64,000 nt of DNA, from IMG/VR virus record IMGVR_UViG_3300043436_004623, positions 17,298 through 81,297 of that record. One strand, given 5' to 3'. This DNA comes from a virus. Its lineage: Duplodnaviria; Caudoviricetes. Under the pieces are notes generated by a model. The model made no database searches. It saw only the letters and a list, made by a program, of their open reading frames with translations, and was not told the origin of the DNA. Both the position numbers and the translations under genes were made by a program. Positions 50,488-59,869 of the stretch are shown in pieces (the first letter of the stretch is position 1; each line of letters opens with the position of its first letter).

Positions 50488-53400
50488 TCAATTAATAAAC
50501 ATTGGTGTGAATGTGGCTTGGACATTTTGCTCTTGAAGATTAATCATGTCAAAATATGTTTGCATCATCCAATTTCCTAAAACTAATGTGGAATACGAGT
50601 CTTTTCGAGCTTTATCTGCCCCTCTTTGTTTTTTCAAATTTAATGGGAGATCGAAACTCTGAGTTCCTTGAGCTGACGTGTTCACTTGAATAAGTGCGCA
50701 TTGTACTTTAATAAGTTCAACATTGTCTTTTAATTGTTCAATAAAATCAATTTGTCTAGCGCCAGATTCTTTTTCATCATCATGTCTAGAAAATTTTAAT
50801 GTTTGAATTGGGATATTAGCTAACCTTTGTTTATTATAAGCTTCATCCATTGCTGCGCCAGCGAACCATATTCTTTTATGGTCGAATGCGGCCTGTAATG
50901 ACTCGTTAGCATATCTAATCCAAGCTGAACTTGGTTTCCTCAAGTGAACTATTTTTCTTGTGGATATATTGTATTGATTTCTTGCGTCTCTAAGAGCTTT
51001 ATCGTATTCTTGTGGATTATCAAAATCCGCATCAAACATATCTAATTTAATACCAGCCTTTTTAAATATTTCACTTTCATTGCATGAATTAATGAATTGA
51101 ACACCTCCGTTATAGTCTCCAACAATTGAAACAATATTAAAATGAGCAATTAAGTAATGAATATATTCTATATGCTTTTTTAAATTTGTTCCAGAAAGTG
51201 CATAGCTGTGGACAACTACACCATTTCTTTTTTCTGGATTAATTTTAATTAGTTGCATAGAGAAGTCGTCGGAACCATCACTCTCTGACCAAGAAGGGTC
51301 AAATGCTAATATATATTGCGCTGTAGGATCTCCTATAACCTCAACAGCTTGCCCTTCTCCATCTGGTATAGTACAAAGCGCCATCTTACTTACCTTGAAG
51401 TATCCAGAGCTATCGTCAGTAAATACAGCACCAAACTCACGATCAAATTGAGATTGACTCATTGTAGCTTTTGCTTGATTAATTAAGTTCTGGTCATAAA
51501 GCTGATCTGGAGCGCAGTCATAACTAAAATGCATAATTACTCTATGAGCATTATCTTTTTCGGCGTTGTTTAAAATCAATGACTCATATTGTTGATATAA
51601 TTTATAAAGATATTCAAATTTATAACTTGCTGAAGACAGGCCAATAATTTTATTATTTGGCCAACGATAACGATCTTCTTCAGACATTTTACCTTGTTTA
51701 ATTAATGTACTTTCCAAATCATATAATTTTTGTCTTTCAGTTGGATTTTCTACAACAGAAAGGAATGGCAGAATAACTTCATTTAAAATTTTCTCTGGCA
51801 TCAAAAGAAGCTCATCGATAATCATCCTTTGGAAACGGAAACCGCGAAGTTTTTCACCATCACCAAGTGGTAATGCTGTAATCTTACTTCTTCCGATCTC
51901 AATAACCCACTCATCGTTTGTCTTAGATATTCTATTAATACATTGTGATAAAAATCCAGCCTTTGGACTGCGAGATATTTCCTCAATCTTACGGAAAATC
52001 ATTTTAGACTGCCTGAATGATTTACTAATAATTCCAATATGAACTCCTTGATTTAAAATTGCGTCTAAAATAGCAAAAATTGCAGTAGAGAAAGATTTAC
52101 TCATACCGCGAGAATTATGATGAACAAAACCACTACCAACATAACACTCCTCATTTTCTACAGTAATATCTATAGATTTAACAAGACAATTATCTATTGA
52201 TTTAATTGGCGAAAATACAACGTTTTCATTTTTAATACTATCAATAATTTGACGAGTATTATCAGAAATATTTATAAGTGAATCAAAATTATTTTGAGAA
52301 AAACCCTTACCCCAAGATCCTCTTTTACCAGTTACTTTTTCTTTTGAGCCGTCTTTTTTAATAATTTCGCAAAAATTTGGTATTAAGTTGTTTTGATAAT
52401 TTTTATTTTTTGATCTATTAATAATTTTTTCCAAATTGCTTTTCTTGTGAAAAACTTGAAAGTCTATTGAATTTTGAAACTCTCTCAAAGAATTAACATC
52501 ATTTGATATAACTAAATCATAATATGAGACTCCTTTATGCTCACCCGATTTTCTTAAATTAGATATTATTCCAAGATTATTTAAAATCATTTTAATCTGT
52601 CTAAGAAGTTGTAATGAAGTATTTTTTAAACCAACTTTACTGCTAGTAGATAAATATGAAGCATAGCCATCAGCATCAAACAATCCCCCAATTAGTGCGC
52701 ATAATTCATTTCTAGAACATTGTAAAATGGAATCACAGATAACTTTATCTTTTGATTTTAAAGATCTATCCCAACCTATACTTTCTAACCAAGAAACAAT
52801 CTCTCTATTAAATATTGAATATTCATAAAAACTTAAATTTTTTGTTCTTTGTCTTGCGTAACTTTTTAAATCATTATCTCTTAAAAACTTTAAGCAAGTC
52901 TCTTGTACTTCAAAATGTTCAGAACAATAATGAATTCCATCTTGATTAACCCATCCATCTCCTAAAACATAGCCAAGTAAATAAAATAAATATGGAGAGC
53001 GGTTTACTTTAGATCCTTCAGTTATATCTTTATCGCCCCATATTTCAGTAGCTATTTTAATTGGAATAGAATCTCCAATTTTTAAATTTTCAATTTCTTT
53101 AAAAACAAACTTGCCATCATCATAAACTAAAACTTTATGACCGATTTTTGCTTTAAAACTATCGCCAGATTGTAGTTTTATATCTAAACCTTGTTCTTCT
53201 GGATTTTCTTTTTTATCTGAAACAAGATTAATTTCATTTCTTGATCTGACATAATCTCCAATTTGGATCTCTTTAATTTTTTTAAATCCATTTTTTGATA
53301 AGACATATTCATTTTCTTCTAAACACCATATCCCCAAAAAGTAATCAGTTTCCATCATTGCTTTAATTGCCATGTGCTGGAATGGAAATAGCGAAACGCC

Positions 53401-53559
53401 AGTAATTAATTCAGAAGAGAAAGATGGGTTTTCTTTTAAAAATTTATATAATAAAATTTTAGCTTTTCTTTCATCAATAAAACCGTTTGTATCAAGAATT
53501 TCTTGATTAATATTTTTAAATTTTTTATTTAATTTTTGATTGCCAGTTTCCCAACTCAT
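50488..53559 (-). CDS. terL: Terminase large subunit with intein
   Basis: LFPFQ, Walker A SRGMSKS, LRGFRF, Walker B IIDE, nuclease LAFDPS...DDFS...RKDSYS. Confidence 0.93.
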   Translation of the reverse strand: MSWETGNQKLNKKFKNINQEILDTNGFIDERKAKILLYKFLKENPSFSSELITGVSLFPFQHMAIKAMMETDYFLGIWCLEENEYVLSKNGFKKIKEIQIGDYVRSRNEINLVSDKKENPEEQGLDIKLQSGDSFKAKIGHKVLVYDDGKFVFKEIENLKIGDSIPIKIATEIWGDKDITEGSKVNRSPYLFYLLGYVLGDGWVNQDGIHYCSEHFEVQETCLKFLRDNDLKSYARQRTKNLSFYEYSIFNREIVSWLESIGWDRSLKSKDKVICDSILQCSRNELCALIGGLFDADGYASYLSTSSKVGLKNTSLQLLRQIKMILNNLGIISNLRKSGEHKGVSYYDLVISNDVNSLREFQNSIDFQVFHKKSNLEKIINRSKNKNYQNNLIPNFCEIIKKDGSKEKVTGKRGSWGKGFSQNNFDSLINISDNTRQIIDSIKNENVVFSPIKSIDNCLVKSIDITVENEECYVGSGFVHHNSRGMSKSFSTAIFAILDAILNQGVHIGIISKSFRQSKMIFRKIEEISRSPKAGFLSQCINRISKTNDEWVIEIGRSKITALPLGDGEKLRGFRFQRMIIDELLLMPEKILNEVILPFLSVVENPTERQKLYDLESTLIKQGKMSEEDRYRWPNNKIIGLSSASYKFEYLYKLYQQYESLILNNAEKDNAHRVIMHFSYDCAPDQLYDQNLINQAKATMSQSQFDREFGAVFTDDSSGYFKVSKMALCTIPDGEGQAVEVIGDPTAQYILAFDPSWSESDGSDDFSMQLIKINPEKRNGVVVHSYALSGTNLKKHIEYIHYLIAHFNIVSIVGDYNGGVQFINSCNESEIFKKAGIKLDMFDADFDNPQEYDKALRDARNQYNISTRKIVHLRKPSSAWIRYANESLQAAFDHKRIWFAGAAMDEAYNKQRLANIPIQTLKFSRHDDEKESGARQIDFIEQLKDNVELIKVQCALIQVNTSAQGTQSFDLPLNLKKQRGADKARKDSYSTLVLGNWMMQTYFDMINLQEQNVQATFTPMFIN
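52114..53325 (-). mobile_element. 404-aa intein with LAGLIDADG endonuclease in terL
   Basis: Begins CLEENEYVLS after W78 and ends FVHHN followed by Ser; internal LLGYVLGDG and LIGGLFDADG. Confidence 0.95.
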
Positions 53560-54494
53560 GACTGCTTCCTTTCAAAATAATTCATTACTCCAGAATCTAG
53601 AAAATACTGGATATCTGTATTCCAAACTTTCTTGCCTAAAACCAAAAGCTTTGGAATAAGGAGTGTGCTATTACCTCTATTTCCGCTAAATACAAACTGA
53701 CAACAATCTCTAAAGTCATGTTGTATTGTTCTCATATTATGAAAAACATATTTTAAATTTACTTTTTGTGGAGAAAAGATATTCTTTTTTTCCATTTTAT
53801 ATAAATCTGTTTCTACGACAATAAATAAATAAGAACCAAGACTTCTACATCTTTCAAGTTCCCTACGAAATCTTTCATATCCGCTACCCATTGTGTTACA
53901 AAAGTCATCATAAGATTTTCTATCAACATAAGTATAGCTATAGTGTTCACCACCAACAGCATAGTCACCGACATCTAATTTTAATTTTTCAAAATTCTTA
54001 AAGGGAAGAGGTTTTTGCTCTCTTGTATCTACAAAAATTTTAATTTTTGAATAATCGTTATGAAATTCTTTTGGAAATTTGCCACCAAACATTGGCTCTA
54101 CTAAACATTTTTTACAAGCATCAGTATAACTGCCATAGAATTTTTTATAAACATCTATTGATGGTAATTGATTAGTGTATAATTCAATCGAATTTGGAGC
54201 ATATTTTAATTCTTTTTTTTGTATGCGATCTTTTAAAACTTTAATCACATAATCAGAAGCTTCTGAAAATGAAGCAGAATCACACCATTTTAATAATTGA
54301 TCACGATTGCTAAAATCTTTTTCAAAGTATTCGTCGTAGTTTTTAAACTGCATTAAATCGCCAGTTAATTTATTTCTACGCTGATAATTTTTTACATAAT
54401 ACTCACCCAACAACATATCGTGCTTTTTGATATGCGTATGAAGGCTTTTTAGGGCAGGAAACTCCTGTCCGCACTCTTTACACTTAAATGACAT
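53556..54494 (-). CDS. C2H2 zinc finger plus ERCC4-like nuclease
   Basis: CKECG...LHTHIKKH; VDTREQKP, GDYA, VDRKS..DF. Confidence 0.8.
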   Translation of the reverse strand: MSFKCKECGQEFPALKSLHTHIKKHDMLLGEYYVKNYQRRNKLTGDLMQFKNYDEYFEKDFSNRDQLLKWCDSASFSEASDYVIKVLKDRIQKKELKYAPNSIELYTNQLPSIDVYKKFYGSYTDACKKCLVEPMFGGKFPKEFHNDYSKIKIFVDTREQKPLPFKNFEKLKLDVGDYAVGGEHYSYTYVDRKSYDDFCNTMGSGYERFRRELERCRSLGSYLFIVVETDLYKMEKKNIFSPQKVNLKYVFHNMRTIQHDFRDCCQFVFSGNRGNSTLLIPKLLVLGKKVWNTDIQYFLDSGVMNYFERKQS

Positions 54495-55533
54495 CTTCTT
54501 GAGAAATACCTAAAACTCTTGCCTTCCATTCGGCCATACCTTCAAGTCTGTGAGCTTCTTGTTGAATGACTTCTTTTTGCATCTCAGCCATTCTTACCAT
54601 ATTTTTTCGTTCTTCTTCATCTTGGAAGAATTGAACCAAAGAAAGAATAGATGCATTTTCCTTATGTTTATTCTTCATTCGTTCAGAACGATCTCCTTGC
54701 AGTTTTTTTGTAAGATTTTCTATTCTACCTTCGCATTGATGATATTCAGAACTTTTAGCTTTAATAATTTCCGCAAGTCTTATACTCATTTCTTCTTGGT
54801 CATTAGCAATATCAAATAAATCATTAAGCTTATTTAAATGTTTACTAACAACTTCTAAATTAATGACTTCTTTACAAACGTTCATGTATAAGTTGAGTTC
54901 ATCTGCAGTTAAATCTGGCTTGTCCCAAGTTAAACGAATAAACTCTTGTTCAAATAACTCACGATCATCTTTAGATGTGTAATTATTAACAATTTTAACA
55001 AATCTAGAATTATTGAGATTTACCCCCAATTTATCAACACAGTTTTTATGTTGCCTATTTAATTTCTCTTCCTCCAAAGACAATCCAGTAGCATCGTTGA
55101 TCTTTTTTACGATGCGCCCAGTAGACTTAGGTGCTACATAACTGCTTAAAGAGGCATCAACATCTTGGGATGGAGTATAGTCTGGGTTAGCTTCTCTGAG
55201 AATTTCAAGAACGGCTCGTTGCTCAAGAGAAAGAGGCTTCACCTCTTTCTTTGGAAAGACGATTTCAGCAATCTTTAAAGAAGATAATCCATCATTACCT
55301 TGTTTAATAATAAAATCAATTTGTTCTTGAGTAAATTCAATTCCTTCTTTCTTCTCTCTTCTAGCTGTTTTGAATTTAAGTTGATTCTCAATCATGAATT
55401 GTCTGATCAAGCGTCCTTCTTTACTTCTACCATCAATGTCTGGGTTATCGAAAACGCGACGAGTGATCTCATTCAAATCAGAAGTAGATCTATATGTATC
55501 AATAACTTGTTGTTTTTGTAATTCAGTTAACAT
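54484..55533 (-). CDS. HTH/coiled-coil protein, candidate terminase small subunit
   Basis: N-terminal helix-turn-helix-like segments, C-terminal coiled coil, located just upstream of terL. Confidence 0.4.
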   Translation of the reverse strand: MLTELQKQQVIDTYRSTSDLNEITRRVFDNPDIDGRSKEGRLIRQFMIENQLKFKTARREKKEGIEFTQEQIDFIIKQGNDGLSSLKIAEIVFPKKEVKPLSLEQRAVLEILREANPDYTPSQDVDASLSSYVAPKSTGRIVKKINDATGLSLEEEKLNRQHKNCVDKLGVNLNNSRFVKIVNNYTSKDDRELFEQEFIRLTWDKPDLTADELNLYMNVCKEVINLEVVSKHLNKLNDLFDIANDQEEMSIRLAEIIKAKSSEYHQCEGRIENLTKKLQGDRSERMKNKHKENASILSLVQFFQDEEERKNMVRMAEMQKEVIQQEAHRLEGMAEWKARVLGISQEDVI

Positions 55534-55535
55534 TG

Positions 55536-56252
55536 TTAGTCTAATATAATATCGTTATCTCTAATTATTTCTTCAGCTTTTTCTCTGAGCATTTTTTTAA
55601 GATTTTTTATTTGTTTATATCCAGCTTTTCTGTTTTTTTCATTTGTTTTATAACCCATGAATTTAGCGACTTCTTCTTCAGGCTTTTCTTCGAAAAATAA
55701 CATTATATAAACAGTATAATGTTCTTCGCTTAATTTTGTCTTTAATAATTCATTTAATTTTTCTATTGCCGAATCAAAATGAATAGTTGTGTCTGGTCTT
55801 GAATCTATTTCTTTTATATGATTCTCCAAAGCAAGGGGTAACTTAATTCCATACCCCGCTTTCTTTTGCTTTGACCATTTAGCATACATGCCGCAAGTTA
55901 AATTTTGACTACCACTTCTAGTCCAAGAACAAAGATTGTCACCCATATTGAACTTGCATTGCATACAAGGCTTGACATAATTAGTATAATTGTTTCTAAT
56001 TATATTTTTAATTTGATTGGAAGCTATGCGAGCTATCCAAGGTTCAAGTGGAAGAGATTGATCCCACATATCCCACTTTTTGTGGATGTGAATTTTAATA
56101 ACCTGCTCTACATCAGAAAAGTCAAACCAATTGATTGCATTTAACTGCCACTTAGATCTAAACTTTCTTATAGTAGCATCAATGATATCGGAATAATCTT
56201 CATATTTATGTTTTTTATTCCCCACTGGTAGATTTCTCGCTAATAAAATCAT
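55536..56252 (-). CDS. Second phage sigma-70-like factor
   Basis: DVEQVIKIHI.KKW..WD...LEPWIARIASNQIKN (region 2), Cys cluster, EEEVAKFMGY HTH; start codon uncertain. Confidence 0.75.
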   Translation of the reverse strand: MILLARNLPVGNKKHKYEDYSDIIDATIRKFRSKWQLNAINWFDFSDVEQVIKIHIHKKWDMWDQSLPLEPWIARIASNQIKNIIRNNYTNYVKPCMQCKFNMGDNLCSWTRSGSQNLTCGMYAKWSKQKKAGYGIKLPLALENHIKEIDSRPDTTIHFDSAIEKLNELLKTKLSEEHYTVYIMLFFEEKPEEEVAKFMGYKTNEKNRKAGYKQIKNLKKMLREKAEEIIRDNDIILD

Positions 56253-56574
56253 CTACCGTTTTAGAACGGCGACTCCTCCTTGAAACACCCGAATTACCTT
56301 GCCCAAATAATGAACCAAGAGTAAATTGATTGACACCATCTTCACGTTCAATATCTACTTGTAGATTTCGAATATTAGGAACATGTTGAACGTTGGTGTT
56401 TTCACCATCGTCTTCTTCATCCTCTTCATCAATATCATACTTAGCGCTTGTTACTTGCTTTTTTGGGGGCAAGAAAGAAGAACCAAAAGACTGACCACAG
56501 TTGGAGCAGAATTTTGGTTGAGAGTATGTATATTGATGTTTGGTTCCGCAGCTTGAACAGAATATTTGACTCAT
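56215..56574 (-). CDS. Zinc-ribbon protein
   Basis: FCSSCG...PKFCSNCG followed by an acidic region. Confidence 0.75.
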   Translation of the reverse strand: MSQIFCSSCGTKHQYTYSQPKFCSNCGQSFGSSFLPPKKQVTSAKYDIDEEDEEDDGENTNVQHVPNIRNLQVDIEREDGVNQFTLGSLFGQGNSGVSRRSRRSKTVDDFISEKSTSGE

Positions 56575-56837
56575 TTTACTTTTGCTTTGATTTCTTTAAC
56601 GTCCGTTAATATATATTCAAGCTTAGTATTAATTATTTCTATTTTTTTATTTAAATCGGCCTCATTTTCTTTATTTGAGACTTCCAATGTTAATACTTTG
56701 TTTTCTAAACCATCAAAAGCATCAACTGTTGCGTATCTACTATTAAGCCACAAAATAGCAACGCCAAAAATAATTGGTAAAATCCATTTTAATACGGATG
56801 CTGTCTCTGCAATTGTTTCTTTGGTTTTTTGAGTCAT
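56571..56837 (-). CDS. Small single-pass membrane protein with coiled coil (holin-like?)
   Basis: Hydrophobic VLKWILPIIFGVAILWL followed by a heptad-rich tail. Confidence 0.4.
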   Translation of the reverse strand: MTQKTKETIAETASVLKWILPIIFGVAILWLNSRYATVDAFDGLENKVLTLEVSNKENEADLNKKIEIINTKLEYILTDVKEIKAKVK

Positions 56838-56937
56838 GGCTTAGGCTTCTAGGGACAAAAAGTAGACAAGATACAACCGCCCTTATTTTTGCAATTACAT
56901 TTAGCTGTGCGCTTTGGCAGGTCTTGTCTAATTTTAT

Positions 56938-57666
56938 TTACACATTTTTTTCTGCTTTTTGTAATCTTGAGATTAAAAATTTCAAAATTTCACTACGTAC
57001 AATATCTGACTCATTAAAGCAGAAGGTGCATACGCCGCGAGACTTACTTTCATCATCATCAAAGAGTCTAAACATTGGTGAAAAACCAGAACGACCATTA
57101 ATATCGCTTTGCATAAAATCGCCGCAAATAATAAGTTTAGTTCCTTCTCCAACGCGAGTGATTAAAGTTGTAAGCTCTTTAAAGGTGAAGTTTTGCGCTT
57201 CATCTGCGATAACTACCTTATCTGTCCAGTTTGCGCCACGAAGAAAGTTAATTGGTATAGCGCCAATTTTACCTTGACCTTTTAACCATACTACATCTTG
57301 TGGTACGATGATTTCATCAAGCTTATCGTAAAGAGGAATCAAAAATGGGTCAAATTTTTCCGCAACATCTCCAGGTAGACTACCTAATCCTTGATCAGCA
57401 CTTTCGATAATACTGCGAACATAAAGTAATTCGCGCTCTTTATCTTTAATCATCATTTGAATGGCCGCATATAATGACATATATGTTTTAGAACTTCCCG
57501 CTGGCCCCGATACAAAAATAATTGGGTTTTGGGGGTCTAAGACCATCTCCAAAAACATGTGCTGTTTTGGAGTAAACTTGAATTTGCGCTGTTTAAGCTT
57601 GATACTATGTTCTAATTGAGGGCGAATCTCAAAAGAACCCGACAGGTCGGCTTTTTTCTTTGGCAT
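56938..57666 (-). CDS. phoH: PhoH-family ATPase
   Basis: GPAGSSKT, GSLPGD, FLRGANW, DEAQN, TRVG, GDFMQSD. Confidence 0.95.
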   Translation of the reverse strand: MPKKKADLSGSFEIRPQLEHSIKLKQRKFKFTPKQHMFLEMVLDPQNPIIFVSGPAGSSKTYMSLYAAIQMMIKDKERELLYVRSIIESADQGLGSLPGDVAEKFDPFLIPLYDKLDEIIVPQDVVWLKGQGKIGAIPINFLRGANWTDKVVIADEAQNFTFKELTTLITRVGEGTKLIICGDFMQSDINGRSGFSPMFRLFDDDESKSRGVCTFCFNESDIVRSEILKFLISRLQKAEKNV

Positions 57667-57700
57667 TCAAATGTATTTACACTAAATGAAGTATTTTTAA

Positions 57701-58534
57701 TTATAAAACAACTTCTTTTGCTTTAATTTCTGCAACTAAAGTGTCACCTTCTGAAGCGCTTAGTGATTGCCCCAATATTCTCGCGGCAGAGAATTGAATA
57801 TCAGAAGACAATGCATTTTTTCCTGTTTCATCATTTAAACGAATAGATATGGCATCATCATAACCAGTATAGTTTATGAATTTAGTTATGTTTGTTGATT
57901 TTATTGATATTTCTTTTTCTAATGTATCTAAAAATACTCTATCTGTATTTATACTTCCAATAGTATATCTAGGAGTTCTTCCACATGAAACAGAATAACT
58001 AATTGAATCTCTTGATGATTCTGAAAGATTAGTTCCATTTGTAATAGAAACAGAATGGCCATATACTATTTTTTGAGTATAATTTGAGACATTGGGTATT
58101 TCTGTTATAGTTCTATCTATACCGTCAATAGTTTTTGCCCAAGTACTTCCTGTGGTTGGATCATGACAAATAAAATCGGCGTTAATGATGACTGGCGTAA
58201 AGGGTTGTATGTTAACTGTAGCGCTGTTTAAATAACAAGCATTAAATGGAACGCCACCGATTAGTAAATTACCCGAAGTATTCCCAGTTAGTGTTTCTAA
58301 ACAATACTTTGCCCCAGAACCAGAAGTCTCTGCATAAAATGCTAATGATATAGATGCATCCATTGAGCCATCAATGCCATATCTATCAAATTGAGTTGAT
58401 TGAGATGAATTTAATATTCTGTTTGGTCTTAGTTTATTTTGATATTGGATTGAAACATTCTGCGCGAGTATTGGAGTGAAACCGCCACCAGTGGACAAAT
58501 AAACAGGAACATTTTGATGCGAAATCGCTGGCAT
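57701..58534 (-). CDS. Tail-tube-fold paralog, isolated from the tail module
   Basis: Start reassigned to ATG 58534 (MPAISH), 10 nt after GTGTAA; CYLNSATVNI and ISYSVSCGRTPRYTIGS resemble tube repeats. Confidence 0.55.
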   Translation of the reverse strand: MPAISHQNVPVYLSTGGGFTPILAQNVSIQYQNKLRPNRILNSSQSTQFDRYGIDGSMDASISLAFYAETSGSGAKYCLETLTGNTSGNLLIGGVPFNACYLNSATVNIQPFTPVIINADFICHDPTTGSTWAKTIDGIDRTITEIPNVSNYTQKIVYGHSVSITNGTNLSESSRDSISYSVSCGRTPRYTIGSINTDRVFLDTLEKEISIKSTNITKFINYTGYDDAISIRLNDETGKNALSSDIQFSAARILGQSLSASEGDTLVAEIKAKEVVL

Positions 58535-58820
58535 ACAAAAGTACTTACACTTTTTCAGTCTGGGATTTTTTTTTATGTTTGGTATTGGTGAATTTAGATA
58601 GACCGATAACGTTTTCGACAAATGGGGGAGGGGTACGTTGGTTTGGAGAGGGGAGATTGAGGAAAGTGTCCCCCCGCCCTTTCCCACGCAAACGACTCGC
58701 AGTTTTTTTGAGAAATGGGGGGAGGGTGTCAAGTGTTTTCTTTAGAATCTCGCAAAATTCTTTTCGAAAAAAAACGATTTTTTTTCTTGTGATATGGGGG
58801 GTATCTGGTAATGTTCTTAC

Positions 58821-58991
58821 ATGTCAAACGAACTCCAACTCCTCCGCATCGGTGATGTAATCGAATCCAAGCAAGGCAAATTCAAGGTTGCCGACATTGT
58901 AGAAGAACAATGGTATGAGCCTTGGGTTGTGCTGGTAAAGTGGAACGGAAACGCTTGGGAAGATACGAGAATCCAATTCAAAGACCTCTGA
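58821..58991 (+). CDS. 56-aa early protein (MSNELQLLRIGDVIESK...)
   Basis: Manual translation; own promoter; below ORF-track cutoff. Confidence 0.75.
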   Translation: MSNELQLLRIGDVIESKQGKFKVADIVEEQWYEPWVVLVKWNGNAWEDTRIQFKDL

Positions 58992-59044
58992 AAATAAAAA
59001 ATCTTTTTCCTTGCTCTAACCTCAAAATCTGCTAACTTTCTCTC

Positions 59045-59203
59045 ATGTCAAACGAACTCGCCAACCTCTACAGCGCCGAAACTCTTGCCGCTCTTGCCGA
59101 ACTCGAAGCAGTCGCGCAACGCTTTGAGCAACTGGCAATCCGCACGGGTGAAAACGCCCAAGCATTCATCGAAGAATGCCGCGAAATAAAATGGGAAAAG
59201 TGA
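59045..59203 (+). CDS. 52-aa helical early protein (MSNELANLYSAETL...)
   Basis: Manual translation; own promoter; shares MSNEL start with the previous gene. Confidence 0.75.
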   Translation: MSNELANLYSAETLAALAELEAVAQRFEQLAIRTGENAQAFIEECREIKWEK

Positions 59204-59246
59204 AAATTTTCCTTGCGTTCCCTCTCTCATCTGCTAACTTTCTCCC

Positions 59247-59441
59247 ATGTCCAACACGACCACCACCACCCGCCCACGCATTAACTCCACCGTAGACTTT
59301 CGCTATGAAGGTCGCCGCTTCTGCGGTAGCGTCACCGATAGGAACACGCTCGACGGCGGCTTTGTCATCATCTATCGTGACCTTGCAGGAGATCGCGCAT
59401 TCATTGGCTCAAATCAAATTGAAATCATCAAAGTCTGGTAA
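59247..59441 (+). CDS. 64-aa early protein, paralog of 63233..63439
   Basis: Own promoter; MSNTTTTTRPRIN...GSVTDR.TLDG.F.IIYRD shared with the paralog. Confidence 0.85.
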   Translation: MSNTTTTTRPRINSTVDFRYEGRRFCGSVTDRNTLDGGFVIIYRDLAGDRAFIGSNQIEIIKVW

Positions 59442-59461
59442 ACATAACACATAGAAAAAAA

Positions 59462-59641
59462 ATGAAACACACACTAGCAATCCTTGGCTCTGCCATTGTC
59501 ACCATGTCGCCTGTCTTTAGCCTTTGCGCCTTCTGTATCTACGGAGGACGAAGCGAAGTGTTCGACGCTGTATGCTTCTTAACCTTTGGCGCGACCTGCT
59601 ACTGCCTCGCACATCTTCAATCATACATCAAACATAACTAA
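59462..59641 (+). CDS. 59-aa Cys-rich hydrophobic (membrane) protein
   Basis: Manual translation MKHTLAILGSAIVTMSPVFSLCAF...; A/C-rich leader. Confidence 0.6.
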   Translation: MKHTLAILGSAIVTMSPVFSLCAFCIYGGRSEVFDAVCFLTFGATCYCLAHLQSYIKHN

Positions 59642-59644
59642 CAC

Positions 59645-59869
59645 ATGAGCGCACGAAACAAAGCACGAAAGATGATCAACGCACAAGTCTACGCCATCAC
59701 AGGCTTGTCACTCGATGATCTACCCGACACCGCTCTTCTATGTGACCACATGGATACATTGGAAGAGATGATAGAAGAAGCGGACAGCATGACTCCCATG
59801 AGTGAGCTTCTCGACTACGCACAAGAAGCCGCAATGGAATTTCTAGAAGAAGAAGGAATGTCGGCATGA
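59645..59869 (+). CDS. 74-aa acidic early protein
   Basis: ORF track; ITGLSLDDLPD...acidic helical C-terminus. Confidence 0.75.
   Translation: MSARNKARKMINAQVYAITGLSLDDLPDTALLCDHMDTLEEMIEEADSMTPMSELLDYAQEAAMEFLEEEGMSA

Larger units (their letters stand above)
10727..58550. promoter_or_regulatory. Dispersed GTGTAA motif, putative phage-sigma promoter element, 8-21 nt upstream of operon-leading starts
   Basis: Exact copies at 10727-32(-), 13400-05(-), 17115-20(+), 25157-62(-), 38347-52(-), 40438-43(+), 44106-11(-), 50454-59(-), 57677-82(-), 58545-50(-); variant ATGTAA at 42363-68(+); also 56938-43(-). Confidence 0.7.

Noticed and set aside
58535-58732. N-terminal extension of ORF 57701..58732
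   Set aside because: Runs through the GTGTAA motif and the non-coding G-rich boundary; ATG 58534 fits better
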